From Ferrithrix thermotolerans DSM 19514 (GTDB taxonomy: Bacteria > Actinomycetota > Acidimicrobiia > Acidimicrobiales > CAIXPF01): a DNA stretch of 64,000 nucleotides. Under the pieces are notes generated by a model. The model ran no database searches and was not told the origin of the DNA. It worked only from the letters and a program-made list of their open reading frames with translations. Every line of letters starts with the position of its first letter. The first letter of the stretch is position 1. The stretch covers positions 98,553 to 162,552 of the forward strand of contig CAMDQT010000003.1 of assembly GCA_945906305.1 (NCBI GenBank), written 5' to 3'. The position numbers were made by a program, and so were the translations under genes. Below are positions 19,220 through 27,539 of this stretch, in pieces.

Positions 19220-20476
19220 ATGCGAATTCTGGTTGTCGGTGGCGGAGGCCGCGAGCACGCCCTGGCCTGGAGCCTGAGCCGTCACGGCCATCGGGTGTGG
19301 TGCGCACCCGGTAACGCGGGGACGCCGGGCAACATCCCCATCGCAGCGGATGATCTGGCCGGCTTGGTGCGACTGGCTCGCGAAGGCCACATCGAACTGG
19401 TCGTTGTCGGACCGGAGGCACCGCTGGTTGCTGGCCTCGTCGATGCCCTCACCGCGGCTGGCATCGCCGCCTTCGGACCGAGTGCGGCGTGCGCCGCGTT
19501 GGAGGGCTCCAAGGCCTTCTCCAAGGACGCCATGGCTCGGTGGGGCGTGGCAACGGCGGCATCGGTGACCGTTACGAGCATCGAAGACGGGCTGGCCGCG
19601 CTGGACCGGTTCGACGTGGCCCCGGTGGTGAAGGCCAGCGGCCTCGCCGCCGGTAAGGGCGTGATCGTCCCCGATGACCGCGCCGGGGCGGAGGCGGCAC
19701 TACGCCTGATGTTCATCGAGCGTGCGTTCGGGTCCGCCGCCGATGAGGTGGTTCTGGAGCAACGCCTGATCGGCCGCGAGGTCTCGGTGCTGGCAGTGTG
19801 TTCTGGCACCGAGTATCGCCTGCTGGTACCGGCGCAGGACCACAAGCGCCTCGGTGACGGCGATGCGGGCCCCAACACGGGCGGGATGGGGGCTTTCGCT
19901 CCCGCCCCCTCTCTCGGCGGGGACCTGCTTGCCACCGTTGGCGACCGCGCCATCGCCCCCATCCTGCACGGTATGGTCGATCGGGGCACCCCCTACGTAG
20001 GGGTGCTTTACGCCGGACTGATGCTGACCGATGCCGGTCCTCTGGTGCTGGAGTACAACTGCCGCCTCGGCGATCCTGAAGCCCAGGTGATCCTGCCCTT
20101 GCTGGCCGATGATCCGGCGGAACTCTTCCTCGCGGCGGTGAGGGGAACACTCAGCGGGCTGACCCTGTCTTGGACGCCGGGAGCTGCCGCCACGGTGGTC
20201 ATGGCTGCGGCGGGTTATCCCGATGCGCCGCGCCCCGGTGACCTCATCAGCGGCCTCGCTGAGGCCGAGGCCGCAGGGTGCCACGTGTTCCACGCCGGCA
20301 CCGCCGAATCTCCGCAAGGACCGCGCACTGCTGGTGGCCGGGTGTTGGCCGTGACCGGAGTCGGTGCCGACCTCGATGCCGCGGTGGCGCGGGCCTATGC
20401 CGGGGTCGAGGCCATAGCGTTTGCCGGCGCGCAGTTCCGTCACGACATTGGCCGCACGATTCCGGAGGCAACGTGA
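19220..20476 (+). CDS. purD: Phosphoribosylamine-glycine ligase
   Basis: ORF 19151..20476, trimmed to the ATG at 19220 (MRILVVGGGGREHALAW). ATP-grasp core with GPNTGGMGA. Confidence 0.95.
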   Translation: MRILVVGGGGREHALAWSLSRHGHRVWCAPGNAGTPGNIPIAADDLAGLVRLAREGHIELVVVGPEAPLVAGLVDALTAAGIAAFGPSAACAALEGSKAFSKDAMARWGVATAASVTVTSIEDGLAALDRFDVAPVVKASGLAAGKGVIVPDDRAGAEAALRLMFIERAFGSAADEVVLEQRLIGREVSVLAVCSGTEYRLLVPAQDHKRLGDGDAGPNTGGMGAFAPAPSLGGDLLATVGDRAIAPILHGMVDRGTPYVGVLYAGLMLTDAGPLVLEYNCRLGDPEAQVILPLLADDPAELFLAAVRGTLSGLTLSWTPGAAATVVMAAAGYPDAPRPGDLISGLAEAEAAGCHVFHAGTAESPQGPRTAGGRVLAVTGVGADLDAAVARAYAGVEAIAFAGAQFRHDIGRTIPEAT

Positions 20477-21492
20477 GCACCTCAACCCCTGCTCCCTCGT
20501 CAAGCGACGCCGCCCCTTTTGCTTCGACTTCGGGTTCGGTCACCTACAAAGAAGCCGGGGTTGACATCGACGCCGCCACGGCCGCGGTGGCAGGAATGGC
20601 GGCCGCGGTGCGGGCCACCTACACGCCACGGGTGCTCTCTGACGTGGGCAGTTTCGGCGGGTTGTTCTCGGTGGAGAACTGGCCTGGTAAGCCGGTTCTG
20701 GTGGCCTCGACGGACGGTGTTGGCACCAAGGTGAAGCTCGCCGCTCAGCATGAGCGGTGGCGAGGCATCGGTCATGATCTGGTCAACCACTGCGTCAACG
20801 ACATTCTGGTACAGGGGGCGCGGCCGCTGTTTTTCTTGGACTACGTCGCAACGGCCCGGCTGCGTTCCGAAGTCATCGTCGAGATTGTGACGGGCATCGC
20901 CGAGGCGTGTGGGGCGGTGGGTTGCGCCGTGCTCGGCGGGGAGACGGCCGAGATGCCTGGTGTGTACGTAGAGGGTGCGGTCGATGTTGCCGGCACGATC
21001 GTGGGCATGGTGGATCGCGACGCGCTGCTGCCCCGTCTCAACGAGATGGTCCCCGGAACGGCGCTGTGGGCGCTGCCTTCGAGCGGGCCCCATACCAATG
21101 GGTATTCGATGATCCGCCACCTGATCGATGGTCGGTCCCTCGACCCGGCGTTCGTGGATGCGCTGCTGGTGCCACATCGCTGTTACCTCGATGATCTCGC
21201 TGGCACCGACGCGCTCGGCCTGGCCCACATCACCGGCGGTGGCCTGATGGACAACGTGGCCCGAGTTTTGCCTGCCGGGGTCAGCGCCCGGATCGATTTG
21301 GCGTCCTGGACGGTGCCCGAGCTGTTCGCCCAAATGGTGCAATGGGGTTCTTTGTCGGTGCCCGAGGCCTATCGGACCTTCAACATGGGTGTCGGTATGG
21401 TGGGCATCGGCGGAACGCCTCCGCTCGGGTCCTTTCCCATCGGGGAGCTGGTGGCGCGTCCCGATTCCGGAGAAGCGGTACAGCTGGTATGA
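20473..21492 (+). CDS. purM: Phosphoribosylformylglycinamidine cyclo-ligase
   Basis: ORF 20278..21492, trimmed to the GTG at 20473 (GTGA overlap with the purD stop). YKEAGVDID, STDGVGTK, DLVNHCVNDI, SGPHTNGYS. Confidence 0.95.
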   Translation: MSTSTPAPSSSDAAPFASTSGSVTYKEAGVDIDAATAAVAGMAAAVRATYTPRVLSDVGSFGGLFSVENWPGKPVLVASTDGVGTKVKLAAQHERWRGIGHDLVNHCVNDILVQGARPLFFLDYVATARLRSEVIVEIVTGIAEACGAVGCAVLGGETAEMPGVYVEGAVDVAGTIVGMVDRDALLPRLNEMVPGTALWALPSSGPHTNGYSMIRHLIDGRSLDPAFVDALLVPHRCYLDDLAGTDALGLAHITGGGLMDNVARVLPAGVSARIDLASWTVPELFAQMVQWGSLSVPEAYRTFNMGVGMVGIGGTPPLGSFPIGELVARPDSGEAVQLV

Positions 21493-22118
21493 CCACGGCC
21501 GACCGTGCGGATGTCGTGCCGCGGTCCGACGGGCGGCTGGTGGTACTGGTCTCCGGTAGCGGGTCGAATCTCCAAGCCCTGCTCGACAATGGACTACCTG
21601 TGGTGGCCGTGGTGAGCAATCGGCGCAAGGCGTACGCCCTCGAGCGTGCCGCCGCAGGGGGGGTCGCCGTTGAGGTGGTGTCGCTGAAGTCCTTCACTGA
21701 CGCCGGTCGAAGTCGCCGGGACTTTGATGGCCACCTAGCCGAGGTGGTGGCGCGCTATCGCCCCGACTACGTCATTTTGGCGGGCTGGATGCATGTGTTG
21801 TCCTCGGCCTTTCTCGACCACTTCCCCCATCGGGTCGTGAACCTGCATCCAGCCTTGCCCGGTGCCTTTCCTGGTGCCCACGCGCTGCAAGATGCTCTCG
21901 ACGCCTATCGCGAGGGTCGGATCGCTGAGACCGGGGTGATGGTGCATCTGGTCCCTGACGAAGGCGTCGACAACGGGCCGGTGCTGGCAACGGTGACGGT
22001 GCCCATCGTGGCCGGGGACAGTCTTGAGACCCTCGCCGAACGAGTTCATGGTGAGGAGCACCGGATACTCGTAGCCACCGTACGGCGCTTGCTGCGCGAG
22101 CTTGCGGGCTTGGCGTAG
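21489..22118 (+). CDS. purN: Phosphoribosylglycinamide formyltransferase
   Basis: ORF 21342..22118, trimmed to the ATG at 21489 (ATGA overlap with purM). LVVLVSGSGSNLQAL, VNLHPALPGAFPG. Confidence 0.9.
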   Translation: MTTADRADVVPRSDGRLVVLVSGSGSNLQALLDNGLPVVAVVSNRRKAYALERAAAGGVAVEVVSLKSFTDAGRSRRDFDGHLAEVVARYRPDYVILAGWMHVLSSAFLDHFPHRVVNLHPALPGAFPGAHALQDALDAYREGRIAETGVMVHLVPDEGVDNGPVLATVTVPIVAGDSLETLAERVHGEEHRILVATVRRLLRELAGLA

Positions 22119-22195
22119 CGCACGGCGAGGGTAGCCTCACCCCATGGTGCGATACGGGCCGAAAACGGCACGGTCGGTCGTCGGGGTGGCCTGAG

Positions 22196-23101
22196 GTGCC
22201 TGAGCTGCCCGACGTCGTGGTCTATCTCGAGGCCATCGATCGTCATGTCGGCGGTAAGGTGCTGCGCCAGATCGACGTCCGGGGGGTCTCGCTGCTGCGT
22301 AGTTACGACCCGCCTTTGAGCGCGGTGCATGGCCAACCGTTGCTGCGCCTTCGTCGGTTGGGCAAGCGGCTGGTTTTCGAGTTCCCCGATGAGCTGTTCG
22401 TGGTGTTGCATCTGATGGTGGCCGGGCGGCTGCAGTGGCGCAAAGCTGCTGCGCCGGTGCCCGCCAAGATCGGCCTGGCCGCGTTTCGTTTCGATGAGGG
22501 CACCTTGACTCTCACGGAAGCCGGAACCAAGAAGCGGGCCTCGCTATGGGTGGTGCGAGGTGAGGCTGCGCTGCTGGCGGAGCACGATCGGGGTGGTGTT
22601 GAGCCGCTGAGTATGACCCTCGAACAGTTCACCGCGCAGCTTGGTGGGACGAACCGGACCCTCAAGCGGGCGCTCACGGACCCGGCGGCGTTCTCCGGTA
22701 TCGGCAATGCCTATTCCGACGAGATCCTGTGGGCGGCACGACTGTCGCCGGTCAAACGTTCGTCGCAACTCGACGGTGAGGAAATCAGACGGTTGTACCG
22801 GGCCGTTCGAGACATTTTGTCCGAGTGGACCGAACGTCTGCGGGCCGAGGTGGCGGACGGATTCCCCGAGAAGGTGACCGCCTTTCGTCCCACCATGGCG
22901 GTGCACGGCCGTTACCGTCTGCCTTGCCCGCGTTGCGGGGACCCAGTGCAGCGCATCGTGCACGCCGACAACGAGGTGAACTACTGCGCCACCTGCCAGC
23001 TAGGTGGAAAGGTCCTCGCTGACCGCTCGCTGTCTCGCTTATTGCGCGACGAATGGCCCCGTACGATCGAGGGGTGGGAAGGCCTGCGGAGCGGCCTTTA
23101 G
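22196..23101 (+). CDS. Fpg/Nei-family DNA glycosylase / AP lyase
   Basis: 301 aa. N-terminal MPELPDV (catalytic Pro2/Glu3). H2TH segment FSGIGNAYSDEILWAARLSP. C-terminal zinc finger CPRCG...NYCATCQ. Confidence 0.85.
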   Translation: MPELPDVVVYLEAIDRHVGGKVLRQIDVRGVSLLRSYDPPLSAVHGQPLLRLRRLGKRLVFEFPDELFVVLHLMVAGRLQWRKAAAPVPAKIGLAAFRFDEGTLTLTEAGTKKRASLWVVRGEAALLAEHDRGGVEPLSMTLEQFTAQLGGTNRTLKRALTDPAAFSGIGNAYSDEILWAARLSPVKRSSQLDGEEIRRLYRAVRDILSEWTERLRAEVADGFPEKVTAFRPTMAVHGRYRLPCPRCGDPVQRIVHADNEVNYCATCQLGGKVLADRSLSRLLRDEWPRTIEGWEGLRSGL

Positions 23102-23129
23102 TGGGTGTGGCCTGCGGAGCGGCCTTTAG
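23081..23129. repeat. 21-bp direct repeat (period 28 bp) spanning the fpg/nei stop codon
   Basis: ggcctgcggagcggcctttag occurs at 23081-23101 (it includes the TAG stop) and again at 23109-23129. The first copy can fold as AAGGCC-n8-GGCCTT (23079-23098). It lies between convergent genes. Confidence 0.9.
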
Positions 23130-23136
23130 CGCCGCT

Positions 23137-24171
23137 TCACCAAGCAGTGGCCACGGTGCGGGCTACTTCGCCCCAGCGGCCCTTGGTTTCGGGCGAGCGT
23201 TCCATCTGGGGCTGGGCGAAGTACATAATCAGCCTGGCTGCGATACCCCGGTAGCGCTCGATCAGCTTGTCGGCGAGCTCATCCCAGGTGGCCGTGACCG
23301 CAAAGTGCTCCAGCATCTCGTCGGTAATGAGCGCCGACATGCCGTCAAGGTCTCCGGCCTTGAGCCGGTCATTGAGCTTCGAGGAGATCGCTTCGAAGCC
23401 GAGCATCTCGAACTGGAAGGCATAATTCTTGGTCGAGCCATAGAAGGCGATCTGGCTGCGGGCCCGGTCTTTCCACGGGGCCCGTTGTTCCTCCGTGTCG
23501 CCGACGATGGTGAACACCGGGATGGCCAAGGCCACATCGTCGACAGAACGATCAGCGAGCGCGGCACCTTCCGCGACCTTCGGTAGCAACATCTCGTTGA
23601 TGTAGGGCAGTGAGTGCAGCGGGTGCACGTGGATGCCATCGGCCACCTCGCCGGCCATGCGGGTCATCCAAGGGCCGACGGCGGAGATGTAGATCGGGAT
23701 GTCGGGATGGGCGATCTTGCCTGGCAGCCAGGTCGCGGGGAGCAGCGACATGCGGTAGTACTCGCCTGCGAAGTCGAGCTTTTCGTCGCCGTTGAAGGCC
23801 CGGAAACAGGCCCGTACTGCTTGGAGGTATTCGCGCAGGCGCGGCCCAGGCGGATCGAAGGGCGCACCGAAGCGACGCTCGATGTGCGCCTTGACCTGGG
23901 TACCGAGGCCGAGCACAAACTTGCCATCGGTGGCCTCGGCCAGCTCCCAGGCGGTGCTGGCGGTGATCATGGGGCTGCGGGGGAACGCCACGGCGATGCC
24001 GGTGGTGAGGCTGAGGTTGGGCGCGGCCACCGCCGCCACCGCCGCCGAGAGGTAGGCCGTGCGCCCAGTCTCGGTGAGGGTGATGCCCGTGAAGCCCAGT
24101 TGCTCCCACTCAGTGGCCAGCCGGGCCATATCGGCCAGCTTGTTGTTCCCGGTCATGAGGTCGAAGTCCAC
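23137..24171 (-). CDS. LLM-class F420-dependent oxidoreductase (probable)
   Basis: ORF 23137..24270, trimmed to the GTG at 24171 (alternative ATG at 24156). LGFTGITLTETGRTAYL...GKFVLGLGTQVKAHIERRFG...YISAVGPWMTRMAGEVADG is typical of the luciferase-like family. Confidence 0.75.
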   Translation of the reverse strand: MDFDLMTGNNKLADMARLATEWEQLGFTGITLTETGRTAYLSAAVAAVAAPNLSLTTGIAVAFPRSPMITASTAWELAEATDGKFVLGLGTQVKAHIERRFGAPFDPPGPRLREYLQAVRACFRAFNGDEKLDFAGEYYRMSLLPATWLPGKIAHPDIPIYISAVGPWMTRMAGEVADGIHVHPLHSLPYINEMLLPKVAEGAALADRSVDDVALAIPVFTIVGDTEEQRAPWKDRARSQIAFYGSTKNYAFQFEMLGFEAISSKLNDRLKAGDLDGMSALITDEMLEHFAVTATWDELADKLIERYRGIAARLIMYFAQPQMERSPETKGRWGEVARTVATAW

Positions 24172-24202
24172 GGGCCAGAAGCTACTCGCTGGTCGGGGTG
24201 GG

Positions 24203-25660
24203 TCAGCCGCCGGTCGTGGACCAGTGCCAGGGTTCGCCCACCAGGTTGTAGAAGCCGAAGGTGGCGGCATTTTCGTCTAGCCACTCGAACACGGGGTGGC
24301 TGGAGTTGCGGATGAGGAGCCCGTTATCGGTGAAGTCGATGGCTTGGCCGCGTTCGTGCATCGAGCGACCAGGGATGGCGACCGGCGGGGAGCACTCCCA
24401 GGACGGCCTCACATAAATGTCGTAGTCGGTGGGTCCGCAGATCTCGCGCCGGATAGCGATCTGTTCGAGGATGTTGCGGTACCCGTAGCCCTCTAGGCGG
24501 ATGTCGTCCTCGGCGGCGGCAGCCACCATGGCGCGGTAGCGGTCCGCGACGGAGCTCGCCACCTCGACCCCGCTGACCCAGGTGGTCTCGATCGGGGTGA
24601 TAGCGATGGGCGGGATCACCACGCGGATGGTGGTGGTGCTGCCAAGGGGCGGAGTGGTAGTGGTGGGACCGACGCGCGTAGTGGTCGGGTTCGCCCCTGG
24701 GCCACCGCCGCCGGTGGGCGGCAGGCTGGTGGTGGTCGTCACCGGCGGCAGGCTGGTGGTGGTCGTCACCGCAGGGGGCCTGGTGTCGCCGCCCTCGGAG
24801 TTGGTCCCGAGGACACCGGGTGGCGCTACGCCGACAAGGCTGTCGCGCAGCCGGTTGGCCAACTCCAGTTCGCGGGCCTGGATCTGTGCCGACAGCTCGC
24901 GGTCGTGGCCCCGCAGGCCCGCCGCTTCGCTCAGCGTTCGTTCGATGCGATCGGAGACCTCGATGGCGAAGTTGTGTTGTTGGATTCGGGCCGATTCGAG
25001 CTCGGACAGCTTTTGTTTCTCGAGGGCCTCGGTGCGTTCCGCCGCCCTCTGAGACAGCTCGGCATGGCGTTCCGCCTCGGCGAGGTCATCGAGGGCGGCG
25101 CGGTTGGCCCGCAGGACCTCAGCGACATCCTCGACCCGGAAACGGCCTAGAGCGAGGGCGGTGGGTGCTTCGTTCGGACTGATGGTGACCAGGGCGTGGA
25201 TGGTGTCTTCGAGAGGCGGACGGGTGTACAAGCTGAGCGCCAACTGCTCGAGCACCGCGTCGATCGCTTCGACCGATCGTCGTTGGCGTTCGACTTCATC
25301 CTGCGCTGTGGCCCACGCCACCCGACTGGTTTCCGCCGCGGTCGCCGCTCGATCGGTGAGCTGCTGCTGCACGGTCACATTGACGCTGATGGCATCGAGC
25401 GCTGCCGCCACCTCCTCGCTTGAGGCACGTAACACATCGAGGTCATCGGCAACATCGGCTTGGCGCTGCTGCACGGACACCAGGGTCTGGCTGAGTTCGT
25501 CGAGGTCGCTCTGTCGCGGCGATGTTGCACTGAAGTTGGCGCCCGCTATTGCTGAGGCCAGGGAAACGAACACCGCCAAGGACGCGCCGAAGCCACCAAG
25601 GTGCATGGCTAGACGTCGTCGCATGGGCAGGTTCCTCGGGCCACCGCTCGCTAGTCGCAT
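24203..25660 (-). CDS. Secreted M15-family (VanY-like D-Ala-D-Ala carboxypeptidase) peptidoglycan peptidase with N-terminal coiled coil
   Basis: 485 aa. Signal/TM segment LGGFGASLAVFVSLASAIAGA. About 250 aa rich in heptad-like Q/E/R/A/L sequence. Thr/Pro linker. C-terminal GRSMHERGQAIDF...GEPWHW, the metal-ligand motifs of M15/VanY. Confidence 0.75.
   Translation of the reverse strand: MRLASGGPRNLPMRRRLAMHLGGFGASLAVFVSLASAIAGANFSATSPRQSDLDELSQTLVSVQQRQADVADDLDVLRASSEEVAAALDAISVNVTVQQQLTDRAATAAETSRVAWATAQDEVERQRRSVEAIDAVLEQLALSLYTRPPLEDTIHALVTISPNEAPTALALGRFRVEDVAEVLRANRAALDDLAEAERHAELSQRAAERTEALEKQKLSELESARIQQHNFAIEVSDRIERTLSEAAGLRGHDRELSAQIQARELELANRLRDSLVGVAPPGVLGTNSEGGDTRPPAVTTTTSLPPVTTTTSLPPTGGGGPGANPTTTRVGPTTTTPPLGSTTTIRVVIPPIAITPIETTWVSGVEVASSVADRYRAMVAAAAEDDIRLEGYGYRNILEQIAIRREICGPTDYDIYVRPSWECSPPVAIPGRSMHERGQAIDFTDNGLLIRNSSHPVFEWLDENAATFGFYNLVGEPWHWSTTGG
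24717..24770. repeat. Perfect 27-bp tandem duplication inside the M15 peptidase linker
   Basis: ggcggcaggctggtggtggtcgtcacc occurs at 24717-24743 and 24744-24770. On the minus strand it encodes VTTTTSLPP twice. Confidence 0.95.
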
Positions 25661-25727
25661 CGGGTCGCGAGACTGATTGTTGGGAAGAACCCACCCAGTT
25701 TACCGCGCTGAAAGGTCACTCCAGCGC

Positions 25728-26438
25728 TCAGCGTGTCCTTTGCTCGGGGCTTAGGTGTTCCACATCGCCCAGCCGGGTGAGGCTGAACATGTACCCCTCA
25801 CCGGTAGGTAGCGCTTCCACCGTGCTTATCGAGGCATGGCCCAGTACGAATCGCTCCCACTCCCAAGGCACCGGCGCCAACCCCAGCAAGTGGCCCACCG
25901 TGACGGCGTTGGTGCCCGCGTGGGCGATCAACAAGATGCGCCGCCCCGGCCGCTCGACCTGCCAGATTGGCAGCTCACCCTCGGTCCGGCTGATACCCCG
26001 TTCGGCGAGGAATAGCCCGCTGCCTTGGTGAATGCGTTGAACGAAGTCCCGGACCGACTCCCCGCCGTCTAGGCCTTCCCAACGAAGATGAGCCGGCTTG
26101 GCGCGATCGGCGCGGAAGGCCTCTTCGGCCCGTTCCGCCGGAGTCCCATGCCACACCGGGTTGCGAATTTCCTCTAGCCACGGGGCGATGATCTCGGGCC
26201 GTCCGAGCTGATGCAGCAGGGGGGCGGCGCTCTCGCGGGCCCGCTGCAAGGGCGACACCAGGATCTCGTCGAAGTGCTCACCCGCCAGCCGGTCGGCCAG
26301 ACGTCGAACTTGTTCCCGGCCTCGGACCGTCAGCGGCGGGTTGTCGACGTTGTAGCCGTGCCGGACCCACTCGGGTTCGCCGTGGCGAACGAAGACGAAT
26401 TCGGTCGCTTCGTGGCCGAGGGCGGATTGGTCACTCAT
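25728..26438 (-). CDS. Histidine phosphatase family protein (phosphoglycerate-mutase-like)
   Basis: ORF 25728..26510, trimmed to the ATG at 26438 (MSDQSALGHEATEFVFVRHGEPEW). RHG motif, and later LLIAHAGTN. Confidence 0.8.
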   Translation of the reverse strand: MSDQSALGHEATEFVFVRHGEPEWVRHGYNVDNPPLTVRGREQVRRLADRLAGEHFDEILVSPLQRARESAAPLLHQLGRPEIIAPWLEEIRNPVWHGTPAERAEEAFRADRAKPAHLRWEGLDGGESVRDFVQRIHQGSGLFLAERGISRTEGELPIWQVERPGRRILLIAHAGTNAVTVGHLLGLAPVPWEWERFVLGHASISTVEALPTGEGYMFSLTRLGDVEHLSPEQRTR

Positions 26439-26493
26439 CGCAGGCCACGGTAGCGGTGCGCTGCGGCGCAGCGGTCCAGCGAGGCGGGAGAGT

Positions 26494-27498
26494 TCAACGA
26501 TCCCGGACAAATAACGATCGGGTGGCCGCGAGTTGCAGCGCCCGGGCGACGTCCACGACGCGAGGGCCCGCCCGTCGAACGGTCAGGGTGGCGCGTTGGC
26601 CGGGTTGGAGCAGGCGTTGGCGCTCGCCGTCGAAGGCCAGAATGCCTGGTCCGGTCACCTCCACCGCCTCGCCCTCGGCAAGCCGCCGGGCTTCGGCCAG
26701 GCCAACCTCGGCGTACCACCCCGGTGCCATGGGGGCTCGGACCACCCGGGTGGCGTCGGAGAGTGGCGCAAAGCGCAGCGCCACCCCGCCCTCGTCGGCT
26801 TCGCCGCAAGGCAGCACCAGACCGCCGAGCGAGGACACCCCCACCGACGCCGGCTCGGATCGGCTCAATACCGCCACTCGCAACGCGTTCGGGTCGAACA
26901 ACGCCCGGGACCCCACTAGGCGCTCGTCGAGGAGCACGGCGTCTACCAGAGCGAGGTCGCCAGCCTGGTCCTCCACCTCGACCTCAATCACCTTGGCTGT
27001 CGTGGTGACTTCATCGAGGCCGACCCGGCCGGTCGCCACCAAACCGGCGGCCTCGCCTGCGACGGTGGCTTCCACGAAGCGCGGGAACACGTTGTTGGTG
27101 CCCGTGGACAGGGCGATGAGCGGGGCGTCACGCCAGCCCAGAGCTGCGGCACGGCTGGTGCCGTCGCCACCGAGTACCACGACCACCGAACAACGCAGCT
27201 CGCGCAGGGCCTTTACGGTGCGTACGGTGTCCGTCTCGTCGTAGCGGGCCTCGATGGGCACATGGTCGAATCGGACGCCGGGAAGGTTGAGGGTCTCGAT
27301 GGCCCGGGCACCGATGTGATGCGGTTCGGTGAGAAACCAGAAGTGGTCCGCTCCGGCTGCGGCGGCACCGAGTACCAGCCGCCGAACGATCGTGTACTTC
27401 TCCGCCAGGGTGGACGATGGCGCGTTGGCCACGAGCCGCCGGATGTCTTTGCCCGACACGGGGTTAGCGATGATGCCGACCGATCCTGTCATCGTCAT
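26494..27498 (-). CDS. ATP-NAD kinase / diacylglycerol-kinase-fold family protein
   Basis: ORF 26494..27591, trimmed to the ATG at 27498 (MTMTGSVGIIANPVSGKD). VVVVLGGDGTSR (GGDGT) and LSTGTNNVF motifs. Confidence 0.7.
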   Translation of the reverse strand: MTMTGSVGIIANPVSGKDIRRLVANAPSSTLAEKYTIVRRLVLGAAAAGADHFWFLTEPHHIGARAIETLNLPGVRFDHVPIEARYDETDTVRTVKALRELRCSVVVVLGGDGTSRAAALGWRDAPLIALSTGTNNVFPRFVEATVAGEAAGLVATGRVGLDEVTTTAKVIEVEVEDQAGDLALVDAVLLDERLVGSRALFDPNALRVAVLSRSEPASVGVSSLGGLVLPCGEADEGGVALRFAPLSDATRVVRAPMAPGWYAEVGLAEARRLAEGEAVEVTGPGILAFDGERQRLLQPGQRATLTVRRAGPRVVDVARALQLAATRSLFVRDR

Positions 27499-27539
27499 GC
27501 TCCGCTCGGTCGCGACCAATCGTCGGACCCTAGGCGGTG

